Below, piece by piece: positions 12,785 to 26,390 of a stretch of 64,000 nucleotides of DNA. Both the position numbers and the translations under genes were made by a program. A model generated the notes under the pieces. It did no database searches. It worked only from the letters and a program-made list of their open reading frames with translations, and was not told the origin of the DNA. Each line of letters begins with the position of its first letter. The stretch's first letter is position 1. The stretch is from Amoebophrya sp. A120 (taxonomy: Eukaryota > Protista > Dinoflagellata): the NCBI GenBank assembly GCA_905178155.1, contig CAJINV010000003.1, positions 8,993,107-9,057,106 on the forward strand, read 5' to 3'.

Positions 12785-14209
12785 GACGCCGTGTTTGTAG
12801 GCGAAGCTCAGTGCACAAGCACAACTATGATCGCATAGAATTATTTGCTTTTTTTTGTGAAGACCCCGTCAAGAAACACAGGCAACGATATGAAGAAAGT
12901 CAAAATCAATCTTCCATCGGAGCGATTATTCCGATACTGGTGCAGCTATCATAATACCGCGGGCATCCGCAAAGATATCAATGACAGAATAACGACAGAC
13001 GTCGGAAAAAGTCCTCGAGACGCTCGGCAATTTCTCCGATGACGACCAGGGCTTCCTACTTGATAAGCACTGACAAGCACGAAAAACAAAAAGAAAACGC
13101 AAAAACATGTTCATATATCATAAACAAAAAACATAAACACGACTTAACACCCTCGACAATGGAGAACGACATAAATGTACATAATTATTCACGAATAGTA
13201 CGATCACGACGAGACCGAGTGCGAGAGCGAAGTAGTCAATGCTTGAAATCCCACTGCTCCTGACTGTAGTAGTTTATTATTCAGATATACTGAACCAAAA
13301 TCTTAAACGATGAAATGTGCAACGCGAGTTCCGTGCCTGCATCATTTCTACACTTGCTCCTCGCTCACCTCACCCGAAAAAGAAAACAAAGCGATCAAGT
13401 GCGAAAAATATGCTGGTCTTTAATCCTTCTTTGCGCTTTCAAGTAAGCGCTGCACAACATAACGTAATCAACCCATTATCTCAATCGAGAGAGGACGAGC
13501 TGAACATCGAACGCCGTGCCTTGTAATCTCACGCATAATTTTTCGATTTGCTGTGTTCCACACTGATGCCAGTCATCTTTATTGTTGTACTTTCGATTTC
13601 TTGGAAAGCCCTCCGGCTGCGACAATTCGTAGCACAACCAACAAACGGCGCGTAGTCTTCCAATCTTCATGCAGCTGTGCGTACTAGCCATGTATGAGCT
13701 TTAGCCTTCTCTTGTGACTTCTTAGCTTTTATTGTTCTTATTGTGTTTGTGAGCTGAGCTGAACATAGTCGTGGCACAGCGGTGGAGCGTCTTGACTCAG
13801 TCCCCAGAACCCTATAGATGAGAATGACAGGTACATCTTTTCGTATTTTCCTTGGGCATGAAGCGTACGCGTAGCTGAGAAATTCTCAGTCGAATTACTT
13901 CATCTACTATGATATGTAACGAGTTGCCGCTCGAGACTTTGTCTACTCGCTTCCACTACCTGTGACTCCCATGATTCGCGAAATAAAAAGAGGACAGCGC
14001 CCTTTTGCTAAATGACCATGACCAAGATGCAAGCACGAATAGATTCATATCGATATCCCCGACTTGTTTTTACACCAGTAACTTCATAGGAACATCTACT
14101 GCACTAGAGCTATCGCACTAGTACTAAGTGTTTGTTGTGTTTACAGGGGTAGTAGCTGGCGGATGTAGTTGTTCATCTTCAAGTTGGAGCAGCTAGAAGT
14201 CGAGTCCGC

Positions 14210-17200
14210 TCAGAGCAGCGGAAGAAGAGAAAAGAACATTTTTCTTGTGGAGTAGCTAGTGACAAAGAGCACTAGCACTCCCACAACCGCTGGCACGACG
14301 GGGCCCGCTTGGGAGACGAGAAATTTTGTTTCGGGGAGGAAGGACAGAAACGTTACGACGGCGACGTAGGTGAGCAAAATGCGGAGCCAGCTACTCAGCA
14401 GGGCCTCCGTGATCTCGTCGTAGAAAGTGACTCGATCCGTCGCAAGCAAGTAGCGAAGCTCGGGGAAATCCTCGATCAGGGTAAGATCTTCGAACGCCAG
14501 AGAGGTGAAGAGGTCTTCCAGCTTCACGTCCTTCGAGCGAATGGGGGCGACGCGCTTTGTTTCGGCCTCCACCACCAGGTAGTCGTAGCCTTCGAGTTCC
14601 GAACGACTGGTTACCTGTGCGTGGAATGCCGCCGACACTGGCCAGAGCTTTGCAGTCCCCACCAAATCACTGCCTTGATACACAACTGCCTGCAACCGCG
14701 TCTCAAAATTCTCCTCTTCTGTGTCGGCATCCGATTCACTGTTGGCCTCTGCGCCGCCACCTAGTTCCTTGGCGTAGCTGTCGTAGAATTGGATTTGGAT
14801 TTATATCTAAATTACTTTCTATAGCTATCGCTGCAGCTAGAACAAGGACAAAATTAATGATAGTGCGAACGCCGCGCAAGACACATTCACTCGTCACGCA
14901 TCGTGGTCGTTTTCGTTTGCCATGCTAAACTAACTCCGCTACCGAGCGCGGGGTGGTGACGGGCCCGTGGCATGTACGTAGAACTACGCATCATTGTCAT
15001 GCTCATGTAATGTATTGCAAAAAAATACCAAACTCAGCTTCGACTTTTAGGCCATAAAAATACATAGTGGCTGTAGTTCGGCATAGCGGCTTTCTCAATT
15101 CCCCAATGGAGAGAAGTTGCTCGAGCGTGGCAAAGGCGATTTACAGCTCTTTTTCCTTTTTTTTAATACGTACGTCAGTAGTGTTTGAGGTGGAAGGGAG
15201 TTGGGACTTTGACTCTCCTGAGCATTTTCAAACATGCCCAAAGACCTGGAAAACTCACGAAAATGGTCGGTGTCGTCCTAAAAGAAAAAATAATCATAAA
15301 GAAGTCGCTCTATACATCTGTTTTCCCTTCTCCAAGTCTCGCAGCACCGCGGCGGCGGCACCGGTAGGCTTCAACTTCCCGGCCTCGATAAAGAGGCAGT
15401 AATTTCTAGTTCGCGCGAAGCTCGTTCCAACTCGGCAGAGTACAGGATAGTTGCTCTGGTCTACGGGAAGGACGAGACGATTGGCCACGTCCTGCAGAAA
15501 CTGTTCGATCAAGTGACCCGACGCTTTTTCGGGGGACTCGGCCACAAGCAACTTAAATTCCTCCGCACGCGTAGCCGCGATCGGCGCAGTGTCGCACAGT
15601 TCGGGAGACTCGTTCTGCGGCACGTCGTCTGCCTCCGACGCTACCCCACCCAACTGGAGGATTTTTCAGGTTTTCAATTTCATCATCCTCGTCGTCCATT
15701 TGACGAAGTAGAAGGAGCACTGGCACCACTCTACGAAGAACGCAAATAAAAATAATACGTACTAGTCGAATTATGGGGGCGGGGGCGGTAAGGCCCCAGA
15801 CTACAATCACTATCACAATCTCATGAAGTATTATATCTGCGCAGCATCGGAGGTACCGCGTCTCGGATAAGGTTTCCACCATTTTCATCCATCTCAACAA
15901 AGGACTGCAAACTGGTGGCCTCGTAAATATTGAAGCAAGAACCAAATTTGGCTTCCCACATCTCGGCGGCTTTTAGATAAGGCCGGAAGAAGTGCCGCAG
16001 GTAACCGTAGTTCGTAGCCTGACGCAACTCCAACGGCAAGGTGGTCGGATGTTTTTCCACCGGAAATTTGCCATGTTTGTCAAGATAGTCGGCACGAGAG
16101 TAACTCGGCACGGGCTGGCCTCCTCGACCTGGAGGCACGCCGACGACGTGCCGCTTCAGAAATTCCGCGTTTTGCGCGCTCTGCTTCCCAGGCAAGTAGA
16201 GCAGCTGAAATTTGTGCGTGCCTTCCATTTCTCTGCCGTCTGGGAGCGTCGTGGCGTTTCGTGTTGGCGTGATGGCCAGGTAGGGGCTGTCCTGCCACTT
16301 ATTTCCCCACTGCTGTTCCAGGAGATGGAAGAACAGGAAAGCTTTCCGCCCGAGTTCCTCCTCCTCGGCAGTACTGGAGCCTTGCTTCACCTGGAGCAAG
16401 TAGTGAAACAGTTCGTCCTTACTTGTGATACCGATTCGCATCTGCTGGCCCATGCCCGAACCAGCCTTGTTGGCCCGACTCCGACTCGGGCCCGTAAACC
16501 GCAATCCGTACTTGTAGATTCCCAGCACACTCTCGACAGGCAGAAGCTTCTCCGGTTGTTCGGCAAAAACATTCCGCTGCGTGAAGCCTGCAGTCGATTC
16601 AGTTGCACTCACTTTCGAAATGCAAAAGATAAAGTCAAGGTGCGACCACCCTTATTTCGCTTTATTCGTCTTTATGCAGATACTAATTTGCTTGTCCGCG
16701 TGAGGACCCTTATCTTCCTTGTTTGCCCATCGCGTTTTTGCTCACTTACAAATACATTCGGTACAGCTCTTGGTGACAATACTCGTTTCCATTTCCAGGC
16801 GACACTACCGCCAGATAAACTACACAAACTTCTCTGATCAACAACTTTTGAAAACAACGGCAACCTCTATAAAGTAGAGGTTATTCCATCAACAGCCTGG
16901 TGTACCTTTCCACTCTTCCTTGCTTAGGCGGCCCACGCCAGGGTTGCTGGGAATCATCTGCGAGGAGGGTGTGACGAACAGCACGTCATTTTCGTTCATC
17001 CAGTCTCCGACATTCGATGCCGGTACGAAGGGCACCCGGTTTGTCGGATATGTTTCGTAGATAAACCTGTGGTCAATAGTGAACGAGGCAGCGATTTATT
17101 ATTACGAGGATTTGTATACTTCGTTGACCTGAAACTGAAAGTCCCACTCGTCTCGGCCACATTTTCATCCTACTAATATTCCAGCTGTAATATGGAAGAC

Positions 17201-19675
17201 GAGGAGACGTCAATTATGCGTAGTAGAAGTGCGCAGGCGCCGCACGGCCTACGAGGACCTCTTCAAGGACAGTCTCAATGTCAATCTTAATCATATTCAT
17301 AATCAATATGGCGTATACAAAAAACACATGCAAGTACCGCCTCAGCGCCTTCACGCCGCTACCCTCGGTCTCCCCCCGGCCCGGAGTCCAGAGCTCAGGA
17401 TACTCACCGTATACGTAGCGACTGATCACTGGGTGGATCACAAACTTCTGCGGATACATAGCCTGCACCTTTGCACCCTCGGGACTTGTCACATCGCAAT
17501 GCGCATACCGGACGTAATTCCCGTGTTTCAGGGACAGCTCTTCGAAAACCGGAAACATGCCGCCGGAGCTATCATGCCCGTCGTAGAACTTAATTTTTAT
17601 TTTAGTATAATTAGAATTAGTACGGTTGTAGCACGCAAAAAGCTTTGATAAAATAGGCACTGCCTTTGGCATTTCTCTTGTGGGGCGCAAATCAAAATAA
17701 ATTAATAGGCCAAAGAAGTTCCACCGAACATAAATGTAGATCGGCGTGGCGGTGCCGTTGGCAGCCCTCCTCTATAGTTTGTATTTCTGTTAAGTGCCGC
17801 CACTTTCTCATTTTAGGGCATCCATGAGAATGCAAGGAGCTATTGGTTGTGGTTCTGCTTTTGATCATTCACTAATGAGAATACTTACCAGGATCAGCCA
17901 CACTTCGTTCGATTTCGACACGTCTCTTAGCCAGACCTCCGGTGTGAGCTTTATAGAGTGACTATGAGAGTGCACAACTCCCCCTCGCCCCCTATGCAAT
18001 GAACCGCAACCCAAGCGCCGGCAAAAAGAAGTGAAGTGAAGATGCAGCCTACTTTTGCATGACAAATACGAATTAATACCACAGGATTGTAGTGGTCTTA
18101 CCCTTACGGCATCCGAAGTCTGTCATGCAAGCAGTTTCATGAGGCAAAGGGTGGGCTTTGAATTATGCATGAGAAATGAGAAGGCGGGTCGTGAGTTTTG
18201 CAGTCTCATATTTACTGTTGGTGAGGACGTCTTTTTTTGCGGAGCGGTTCGAATCGTATGCTTTTCTCTTGTCAGGTTCCCCGATCTTTCCAAACGCAAC
18301 CGTGATCTCGTGAAAGCGCTTAGCACAAGAATCGCAATCTTTCGCGTGCTTGTCCGGATGCCACTCCAAGGCTAATTTCTTGTAAACCTTTTTGATCTCG
18401 GCCTGTGTTGCGCGCGGACTTACTCCAAGGGCCTGAAAAGTTGTGAAATGCGTCAGATAAAGTATAAAATAGAAGTACGTCGTCCCCAATTCATCTTTGG
18501 TGTAGAAGCATGAAGGAGGCAGGCTGGACCGATTGACAGTGGAACCTTAAACGTTCATCACCATCGCGCGAAACACCGATCCCGCGATCGCTTTATCTTT
18601 GCGCGAGCTATAGTTTTTATGCATCGAGCTTCTATTTGAGCCACATACTTACTAAAAGAAAATTTATCAAAACTGAAATTGATTTCACCGATCTGCGTCC
18701 GCCATATGTGTAAACACAGTACTTTCATAAGTAAATCAGTGCCGAGGACATCAAGTATCTTGATAATCAAAATCTATACGTCGTAGGGGTTCATGCCGCC
18801 ATCGTCTTGGTCCCCCTGGTAACCCTCCTGCGATGCTTTCATGTAAAAAAGCATGAACACGCAGAACAGCGAAAAGATTGCCATGAAGTTACTCTGGATG
18901 AAGCTGCGTAATTCTGATATTCTTTGGGCAATGGTTTTCTTGCTGGCTCCCTTGTTGGTTGGGGTTCCCCCTTTCTTTTCGTCACGCGGCGAATGCAGCG
19001 CAGCTCCGCGCACACTCGAAAGCGCATCTTGGACCAGATTGAGGAGAAAGGCACTTTGCAATCGCACTTTTATTCTTGCCCATGCCTGTTTCCGTGCGTC
19101 CCGGTCCAGTGACCTGCAGGTTCAAGTCATCAGTATAATCGACTGAAAAGATCACCAAGGTGGAGATCGTGCAAAGAAAACACACAATTGCGACGTTGTT
19201 CTTCTATCTTGTTCTGCGCTACAGCTACTGCATCAACATTCTGCATCTGCAAAGCGACGCGGTCCGACTTGTCATGTCTTCTAGAAAAAAAACAAAATAG
19301 GCTCTATATATTGTTCTTGTTGTACTGTAGTTCGTCGTCCAAAAACAAAATGAAGCACGACAAGCAACACAAAGTTGTTGACTTTCACTTTAGCTTCCTT
19401 CAAACAGATAACAAGATTCAGATCCTCTTGCAGAAACACAAATACTTAAGGGAGAAATCCTCTTGATTGCCCTTGCTTTTTTGCTTGTTCTTCTTCGCGG
19501 CTGGAGCTGATGACGCCGACGAGCCGCCGGATGGCGCCGACACAGAAGCGGAGTTTGTGGCAGCAGTCATTTGTATTTCTTGCTCAGAAAGGACATCGTT
19601 CGGTTCGGAATCCCCTGAAGCAGCCCCCGCAACCTGCTTCCGCTTGTTCCCTGCCTTGCTCTTCGCGCCGGGCAT
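14210..19675 (-). CDS. DnaJ/Hsp40 J-domain protein with upstream TM helix, thioredoxin-like segment lacking CxxC, and C-terminal TM helices
   Basis: NPYD|ALGVSPRATQAEIKKVYKKLALEWHPDK...RKAYD is a J domain with HPD. It is followed by LTPEVW...VWLIL|FYDGHD...FPVFEELS (Trx-like). Several GT-AG introns and one TIR intron join the ORFs down to 14210. The 5' exons and start are uncertain. Confidence 0.7.
17963..18210. mobile_element. TIR introner, 248 bp
   Basis: TIR TATGAGA(G/C)TGCA(C/A)AACTC, 16/18. Flanks GTGAC/TTTAC (3/5). Removing 253 nt gives DVLTN-SHSIKLTPEV in frame. Confidence 0.85.
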
Positions 19676-20379
19676 TTCTTGGTCCTCCTCCACCAGGCGG
19701 TGCCTACCGGTGCCGCTTCTAACGGTTGTATTGCCAAGGTAACTAACCGGGAACGTCGTGGTGATATTTTTTTTTATTGAGTGTCGTAGTTGTAGTTGTT
19801 CTTCGACTTCTTGCTCAATTTGCCAGAAATGATCCTTAGTGCAGCTACTGATGCTGATGATGAAGGAAAAATTAAGACAAGAGGAACTACAAGAAGCGAT
19901 GGCTTCGTGTTCACTGTACGTTTCTGATAGATGTGGTCATGTCGCTGGAATCCTTACTTTTATCAGTCTCATTTTTAATTACAACACATGCAGAATCAAA
20001 AAGGTTGAAAAGAAAAAAAAATTGAAGTGCTTCGATACTAGACGTGAAAAAAGGTAGGCTGCAGTTGGTATTTATACCGATAAGAACTCGCAGCCGTGCT
20101 GACGCTGGTATAAAAAGGAACCGAAATCGTTGCGCCAGATCCTTTGTTCCATCAGGTCCAGGACCTTCTTGTTTGCCTCTGCCGCGACAAGCAAGCGACA
20201 AGAAACTAGATCTGATTTCTTCTTAATCTGATCTCCAGCAAAAACACCCAGCTGCTGCCCATTGACACTAGTAGCAATGCCACAGAGCTGCTACAGCTAC
20301 TCTTCCGAAAAGATCGTGATCCAATAACCATGGGAATGGATGTAGGCCATTTTTTGAGCAAGAACATCAACAAGGGTAT

Positions 20380-22640
20380 ATTAGGGCTACCCGGGTGAGC
20401 TACGACTCACCGAAGCGCAAAGCTTTGCGCCTCCTTATAGCCATGCGGGTATCGTAATTCATCCGCCTGCGTCGTATCTTTGATCGATTCTTTACAGGCT
20501 AAAAGAAACTCAAGAGGCTCCATGTCCCAAGTGCAAAATTCTCAAAAAAGCGAGAATTTTTTTTTTCGCCCTTTCGAAGCAAGGCGCTCCAACAACGAAG
20601 AGTCTAGTGTCGGCGTCCGCCCGCCGTCGATATGCCGAGTAGGGCACTCGTTTCCGCGACTGCAAGGCCCGCCAATGCAACATCCCCGGGCCGAGTGGAC
20701 GCAAGGCTTCCGGCCCTGATATCGCATAGGGCAAAGAGAAAAAAAACGAGGCGGGCCCTTTCTGGCAGGGCGAGGAAAAAAACTCGTTAGGCAGGCGGCC
20801 TGCCGAATTCCGGCCCGGGCACGGTAGCGAAAATTTTGGAAGCAGAAATTTAAAATTCCGAAAAAAATTATAAAACTTTCGCAGCAAAATTTTAAAAATT
20901 TTGAAAATTCAGAAAATTCTGAAAAAAATACGCGGCCCACGCCTGGGCTGAAATTTCCTTTGCGATTTCCCTTTGCGCTGCTGCGTCCCCGTTTTTTTTT
21001 GTTTTTTCGTTTCTTTCAGCCCGGAGAATTTTCAAAAAAACAAAAACTCAGTGCATTTTCGATTTTTTTTTTTTGCTCGCTCGAAATTTTCGAAATTTTT
21101 CCGCAGGTGTGACTGTGAAGATTGAGGCTGTTTTTTTCGTGTGAGCAAAAAAATTTGGTTGCGCGCCAACCGGCTAGAGCTTTCACACCCGTTAGCATGA
21201 GAAGTGGTGAATTTGTAGCGAATTTTGCATGGCAAATTGCAGATGAGTCCGCCGGGACATTGTCCCTCTTGGCCTTCTGGGAAGTGGGTTCTGGACACCG
21301 CAGAAGTCAAGGCCTATGCCGCGGGCAGCTTCTAGACATGGCCTGGGTGCCGTTCTTTGGCCATGTGTATTCGTCTCCCTGAGCTCGCATAAGAGTACTG
21401 CAGCAGCCGCGGCAAAGACGCCACAAAGCAAGCGCTGCGAAGCAAATGCAATTAGGCAAGAAGGCGCGAAGGCAAGGGTGAAAGGACCAGGCCGAGAGCT
21501 TTGACGCGTCTATCCGGCAGGCGCGTGAACTCTCCCGGCCTTTTCGGCAGAATATAGCCGGGCTGCGGGCAGCAGAGGGCGCTTGTCTTTTCCCCTCGGC
21601 CCCACTTCCCAGGGCCTACCTGTGCACTTTTTTGCGCACTTTTCTGCGCTAAAGTTTGCTTATCACGGTCGAAAAGGGGGGCCCGGTGAGTTTTGGGGTG
21701 AATTTTGAAAAAACCGTGGGTGAATTTTGGCCCGAGGCGCCTACTCAAAATTCGCTAACGCACGAGAAACTTCGAGTTTTGGGGCTTCAAAAAAGTGTCG
21801 CCAAAACAAAAAGCCCCAAAATTCACCAAGAGATTTCCTGACCTTGGGGTCACGTCGAAAAGGCCTCGCTCCGGAGGCAAAAACACGCCTGGGGAGTTGG
21901 GAGCAGAGCACAGCAGGCGAAGCAAGCTAGCGCCCGCGGCCGAATCGTGCCTCCCCTTCCACCCGAGGCTGCTCCCAGATATCCAAGTCCAAGCCGAGCC
22001 AACCACAACTCGTGAGAGCATACATGTTGAACTAGTGCCCGTGTGTTCAGGCGTCGCCCTCCCTTTCGACAATTCCGGAGAGGAACTTCTCAGGCAGACG
22101 CGCAGATTAACAAGAGCCCCACGACCCACCTTCTCTGGTCGCTAAATACGCACTACACCGCCCGGCGGGCCCCCGAAAGACCACTTCTTTCGGTCCCGCA
22201 AGCGCCACCACGCGACGAGCAGCCCTCCACGCTGTGTGGGATGCTTGGGCTCGTGTCCATACGCAGCGCACTTCTCTTTTAAGTTTAACTAAAATAAAAT
22301 GCAAGTCAACATGCAATACAAATTCACTGCAAATTCACCCTTCTGTATGCTAACGACCGTCCAAGGCATAACCAACCGGCGCGCGCACTTTTCCTGTCCG
22401 GCCACTTTTCGAGTTTGTTCACACGAAATACCTCAGACAATTTATCTCGCGCAGCTCGTCGGAGCGGCGTCATGTAGAGGAGCAACCGCGGCGCCTAAAA
22501 AAAGGCAGTCATCTGATTGTCGGCGGAAACAAAATCCGAAACGGGCTGCCCATCCATCGGCCAGCCGTATGGAATTTTCATTCTCGTTTTTTTCATTTTT
22601 TATTTTTTTCCTTGGGATTGGAACCTCATAAAGAAACCTA
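20380..22640. repeat. Non-coding, probably repetitive segment with alternating A/T tracts and GC blocks
   Basis: No credible ORF, abundant AAAATTTT tracts, and hairpins at 20394-20430. The right boundary is approximate. Confidence 0.35.
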
Positions 22641-22944
22641 GATGAACAAAGTAGCTAGTAAAGCTCTACATGATGAACTTATTCCGTTCGACGTTATCGC
22701 CTTAGAGTTTCCTTTTTCGACCTCTCAGTCTCATGATCGCCTGGACTGGGAGATTTTCAACATTGCTGACGAAGGAAGACGTAGAAGAAGAGGAGGCTGT
22801 TTGTTTTCTTTGCTGTGCCGTAGCTGGCACAGCACTACATGTACATACCTGAAAAAATGTAGAAGAAAAGTCTATCCCTTGCTAAGACTAAAGTCGTGAT
22901 GGCCAAACAATTACTCCGCAACTTCAAGGCAAAAGCCAAAAAGT

Positions 22945-23135
22945 AAAAAAAACTAAAAATAAAAACTAAAAGTAAAAACTAAAAGGAAAAACTAAAAGGA
23001 AAAACTAAAAGGAAAAACTAAAAGGAAAAACTAAAAGGAAAAACTAAAAAGAAAAACTAAGTCTAAGAGTAAAGAATAAAACTACTAAAAGTAAAAACTA
23101 CAAACTAAGCTACGGGGAAAAACTAAAAGTAAAGG
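22945..23135 (+). repeat. 13-bp minisatellite (AAAACTAAAAGGA)n
   Basis: Tandem copies are directly visible and degenerate toward the edges. Confidence 0.9.
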
Positions 23136-24111
23136 CCAAAGTCAAAAAGTGACAGCTGAAAGCAAAAGAAAAGGCAAAGCTTGAAGATGAGGGCCAACAG
23201 CAAAACTTGCAAACCTTTTGAATTCGACAAGCAACAAAAATAGGAGGCAAGGTCGCCAAAGCTGGCTGAAAAAAGCGCGCGCGGCGCTGGAAGGAAGAAC
23301 GACGCTCCAGGTTTTCAAAGTCTTGAAGAGCTGGCGGGAAGCAAACAAGCCTAAGCATAACGATCTCGGCGCTCAGTGCCTGCGTCGGGTGGAAAAGCAA
23401 GGGACTCTTCTCGCCTGTTGAGACCTACTTATAATTTGGCGCGAAGAATGACAGCCGCGGCATGCAGAAAAGTGGCGCAAAAACCACTCCAGCCACAACA
23501 ACTGCTCACAGTTGTTAGCACAGCCGCGCATACGCCTCACAACCGCAAAAACTGCTTGCGACCGCAATCAAGATCTGCTTACCGCCGCAACTGCAAACGG
23601 GGCGGAGCTGCTTCTGTCCCGGGCTTTTCGTTTTTTATTTTTGGGCTCCTGTTCATCTGGCTCTTTTTTTTGTTTTTCGGTCTAGCGGAATAATTGAATT
23701 CTGTTTCACACTTCCACAGGCGGAGCATACGTGGCTAGTGCTTTTGCTTGGCAAAAGTGCTCCTCTTTACTTAGCGACAGCTTGTGACAATGTTGAGCGC
23801 TTTTCGTATGTGAGTTGATTTGGAACCACTGAAAAAACTACAGCGAAACAGTTTGATACTACTATGATTTAATCAAATAGCTTTTCTGTTTTCATCTTCT
23901 TTTATTTCACCATCTCCTTTTTCTGCTTCTTCCACACCGCTTCACCTTTTACTGCTTTTTCCGCACCGCATTGAAGCCCAGCATGTACATTTTATGCTCA
24001 ACAAGGGGCACTAGAAGTATTCCCTTGCTTATTTTGGCACTGGCTTCAAAGTTCTAAAAAAGATTGAAATTCGCTCGGACAAAGCGGCTCCTCTGTCGCT
24101 GTCGACGTCTG

Positions 24112-25711
24112 CTACGCGCCGGTCAGAATCTGCGCGACGAGCACGATGCCGAAGAGGATGGGGGAAGTCGCTGCCACTGCCCGCGCGGAGGCTTCTGGTT
24201 CTGACGCCGGCGCAACAGTGGTAGAGGTACGTAGAGCTCTGCACTGGTTTCGCGGGCCCGCCCTCGACTGCAGCCTCGCGGAGAGCAAGGGCACGAATTT
24301 CAGCCGGCGCGTCGCTAGCATCGGCGCCCGGAAGCTCGATCACCACATAACGGCCCTGCTTGCCTTTGCAATCCACCACGGCAGTGCCGACCCCTGCGTG
24401 GGGGTCAGATTCCGGAGCGAAGCGATCGAGACAGTTCGCTGGATCCTCACACTGGATCGTTTCACACTCCGCACCTTCAGGCGGCGCCAGACAAAAGGAC
24501 CCCGCCGCAGTGCCCATCCAGAGTTCCAGGTCCTCGTTCCCCTCCGTAAATGCTGTCAACGCCGACGTATCTGCTCGGTCGCGCGGCGAGTCCGACACTA
24601 GCACACGCACGCCGCCCCGCGTTCCATCGTCAACCACCATATCGGTCGCACTGTCGTCGAACTCCGGCTCACCCGAAGCTTTTAGCGGCATGACATACAA
24701 CAAACGCCGCATCCGCGGCCAGTGCAAATCCGCACTGAGCTTCACCTTGTCCACAGTCTTCGCGGCGCCCAAGTCGAGTTGAAACCAGGGGCACTTCTGC
24801 GCCTCGGACTTTGTTCCACTGCCCCACGTGCGTCCGCTGTCCCCGGTGTGTGCAATTGATCCGAGGTCGCCGTCAATCAAATTTTCGACGGCCTGGAAGG
24901 GATACTCGCTGGATGCTGTGGCAGCGGTGACAGTCAGCGCGCCGCTCGACTTCGACGCGGCTCGCGATCCTCGCGCGCCCCCGGTGCCCGCAGAACGGCT
25001 TCGTCTCTGCTCCTGCTGTACAACGCTCTCGCGAGCAGTTCCCCGCTTCGCGGCCGGTTCCCCCTGCAGTCTGCTAGGATCTCCGACAGATGTGCTGTTC
25101 GTTTTCGCTGTCGTTCGTGTGCTGCCGAGAGGACTCGCTTGTTCTTCGGTGGCATTCACGTAACCACCCGCGTTTTCCTTCCTCTTGCTCTTCGCTGCGG
25201 GTGGACCTCTTGTTGCCGGAGCGGAGCTGTGCGCGAAGTTCTTACCTCGGCGTTGCAGGTGCGACGGGTTCTGGCCATCCGCGGTTGGTTCCGGCTGCCC
25301 GTGTCGCGACGCTGCACTGGTGACCTTGGCCACAGCCTCGCCCCCGCCATTCGCGTCCAAAAGGTACTGGGTCGGGCTGTGCCCCCTCGCCGCAAGCTCC
25401 TCCATCTTGGTGGCGCTCGGGCTCGATTCGCTCGCGCTCGGCTGCAGGGGTTCCTTCTCCTGTCGCAATCGCCTCCCACTCGGCGACCTCCCAGTCTCGA
25501 CGGCCCAGGCTGCGATCTCCTTCGTGGAGCTTGTGTGGTCTAGCACATCGAGCCCTGTAACCCCGGAACGAAGGTGATAAAAAATCACTAGAAGTGCCAG
25601 GAACGAAGGGGAGAAATCAGCGGCAGCAGCGCTACTCCTTCCACGGTCAGGGAGCGGACTCCCAGCGTGCTTTCGCGTTCGTCGGGATCGTCCTACAAGT
25701 GCGAAGGCCAT
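24112..25711 (-). pseudogene. Intronless secreted/surface protein with an F5/8 type C or fucolectin-like domain; probable retrocopy, frameshifted before its hydrophobic C-terminus
   Basis: Hydrophobic N-terminal segment and motifs ENLIDGD...AHT...PWFQLDLG...GRYVVIEL...LALREAAVEG. The hydrophobic tail (ILFGIVLVAQILTGA*) is in another frame after about 24230. A relic spliced leader lies upstream. Confidence 0.6.
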
Positions 25712-26228
25712 CTTTTCTCTTAATCACAAAGCGCCTTAGCGTTAATTCATATTCAAAATGATTTCAAAATGATTTCAAAAAGTCAAGGCTTTTGACTTTT
25801 GGCTGCCCATGAAAATGCCGAATCTTCGAACAAAATGAACGACGCGCCCCGGTTGTGGACCATCCACAAGCCCTATGCCGTGTGCTTACGCGGAGCATTT
25901 CGCTTGAAAAACGCAACGCCACCATTTAAATGCGTGTCATTAGTTTGGGGGGGTGTTTGGCTTGGAATTGGCAAGGCCACAAGCTCTGGGCCATGGCATG
26001 GCGGCTCAAGATTGAACCGCCAGGGTCCATCGAAAATCCAGCTGACAGACACCGCATCCACCCAAAGCCACGACGCATGGGGCAAACACAATTCCATTCC
26101 TGAGGCGGCCGAAAGATGGCCCAGATGCAACCTCTCCCCTCGATTGCTCGGGCCTTAATATTGGTGCCTAACATATAATATGCCATGCCACAACCCACAC
26201 CAATGCCAGAGCGATCACGCAGAGTGCC

Positions 26229-26390
26229 CAATTTCAAAAGGAAATTGGCGGCCCGAAGCAATTTCAAAAAGAAATTGGCGGCCTGAACGGAATTCAAAAA
26301 GAAATTGGCGGGGGCGATGGAATTCAAAAAGAAATTGGCGGCCCCGAGACAATTCAAAAAGAAATTGGCGGCCCTGGGCAATTTCAAAAA
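26229..26390 (+). repeat. 30-bp period minisatellite, about 5.5 copies
   Basis: Core AATTCAAAAAGAAATTGGCG plus a variable GC-rich part of about 10 nt. Confidence 0.9.

Noticed and set aside
15821-16612. Standalone 263-aa gene
   Set aside because: It is bounded by phase-compatible GT-AG junctions that link it into the DnaJ gene.
20341-20362. Second spliced-leader-like string GTAGGCCATTTTTTGAGCAAG
   Set aside because: It needs indels and several mismatches, lies on the opposite strand, and has no downstream gene.
26229-26390. CRISPR-like constant repeat with variable spacers
   Set aside because: The variable parts are only about 10 nt and resemble each other, there are no cas genes, and the context is eukaryotic. 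It is a minisatellite.
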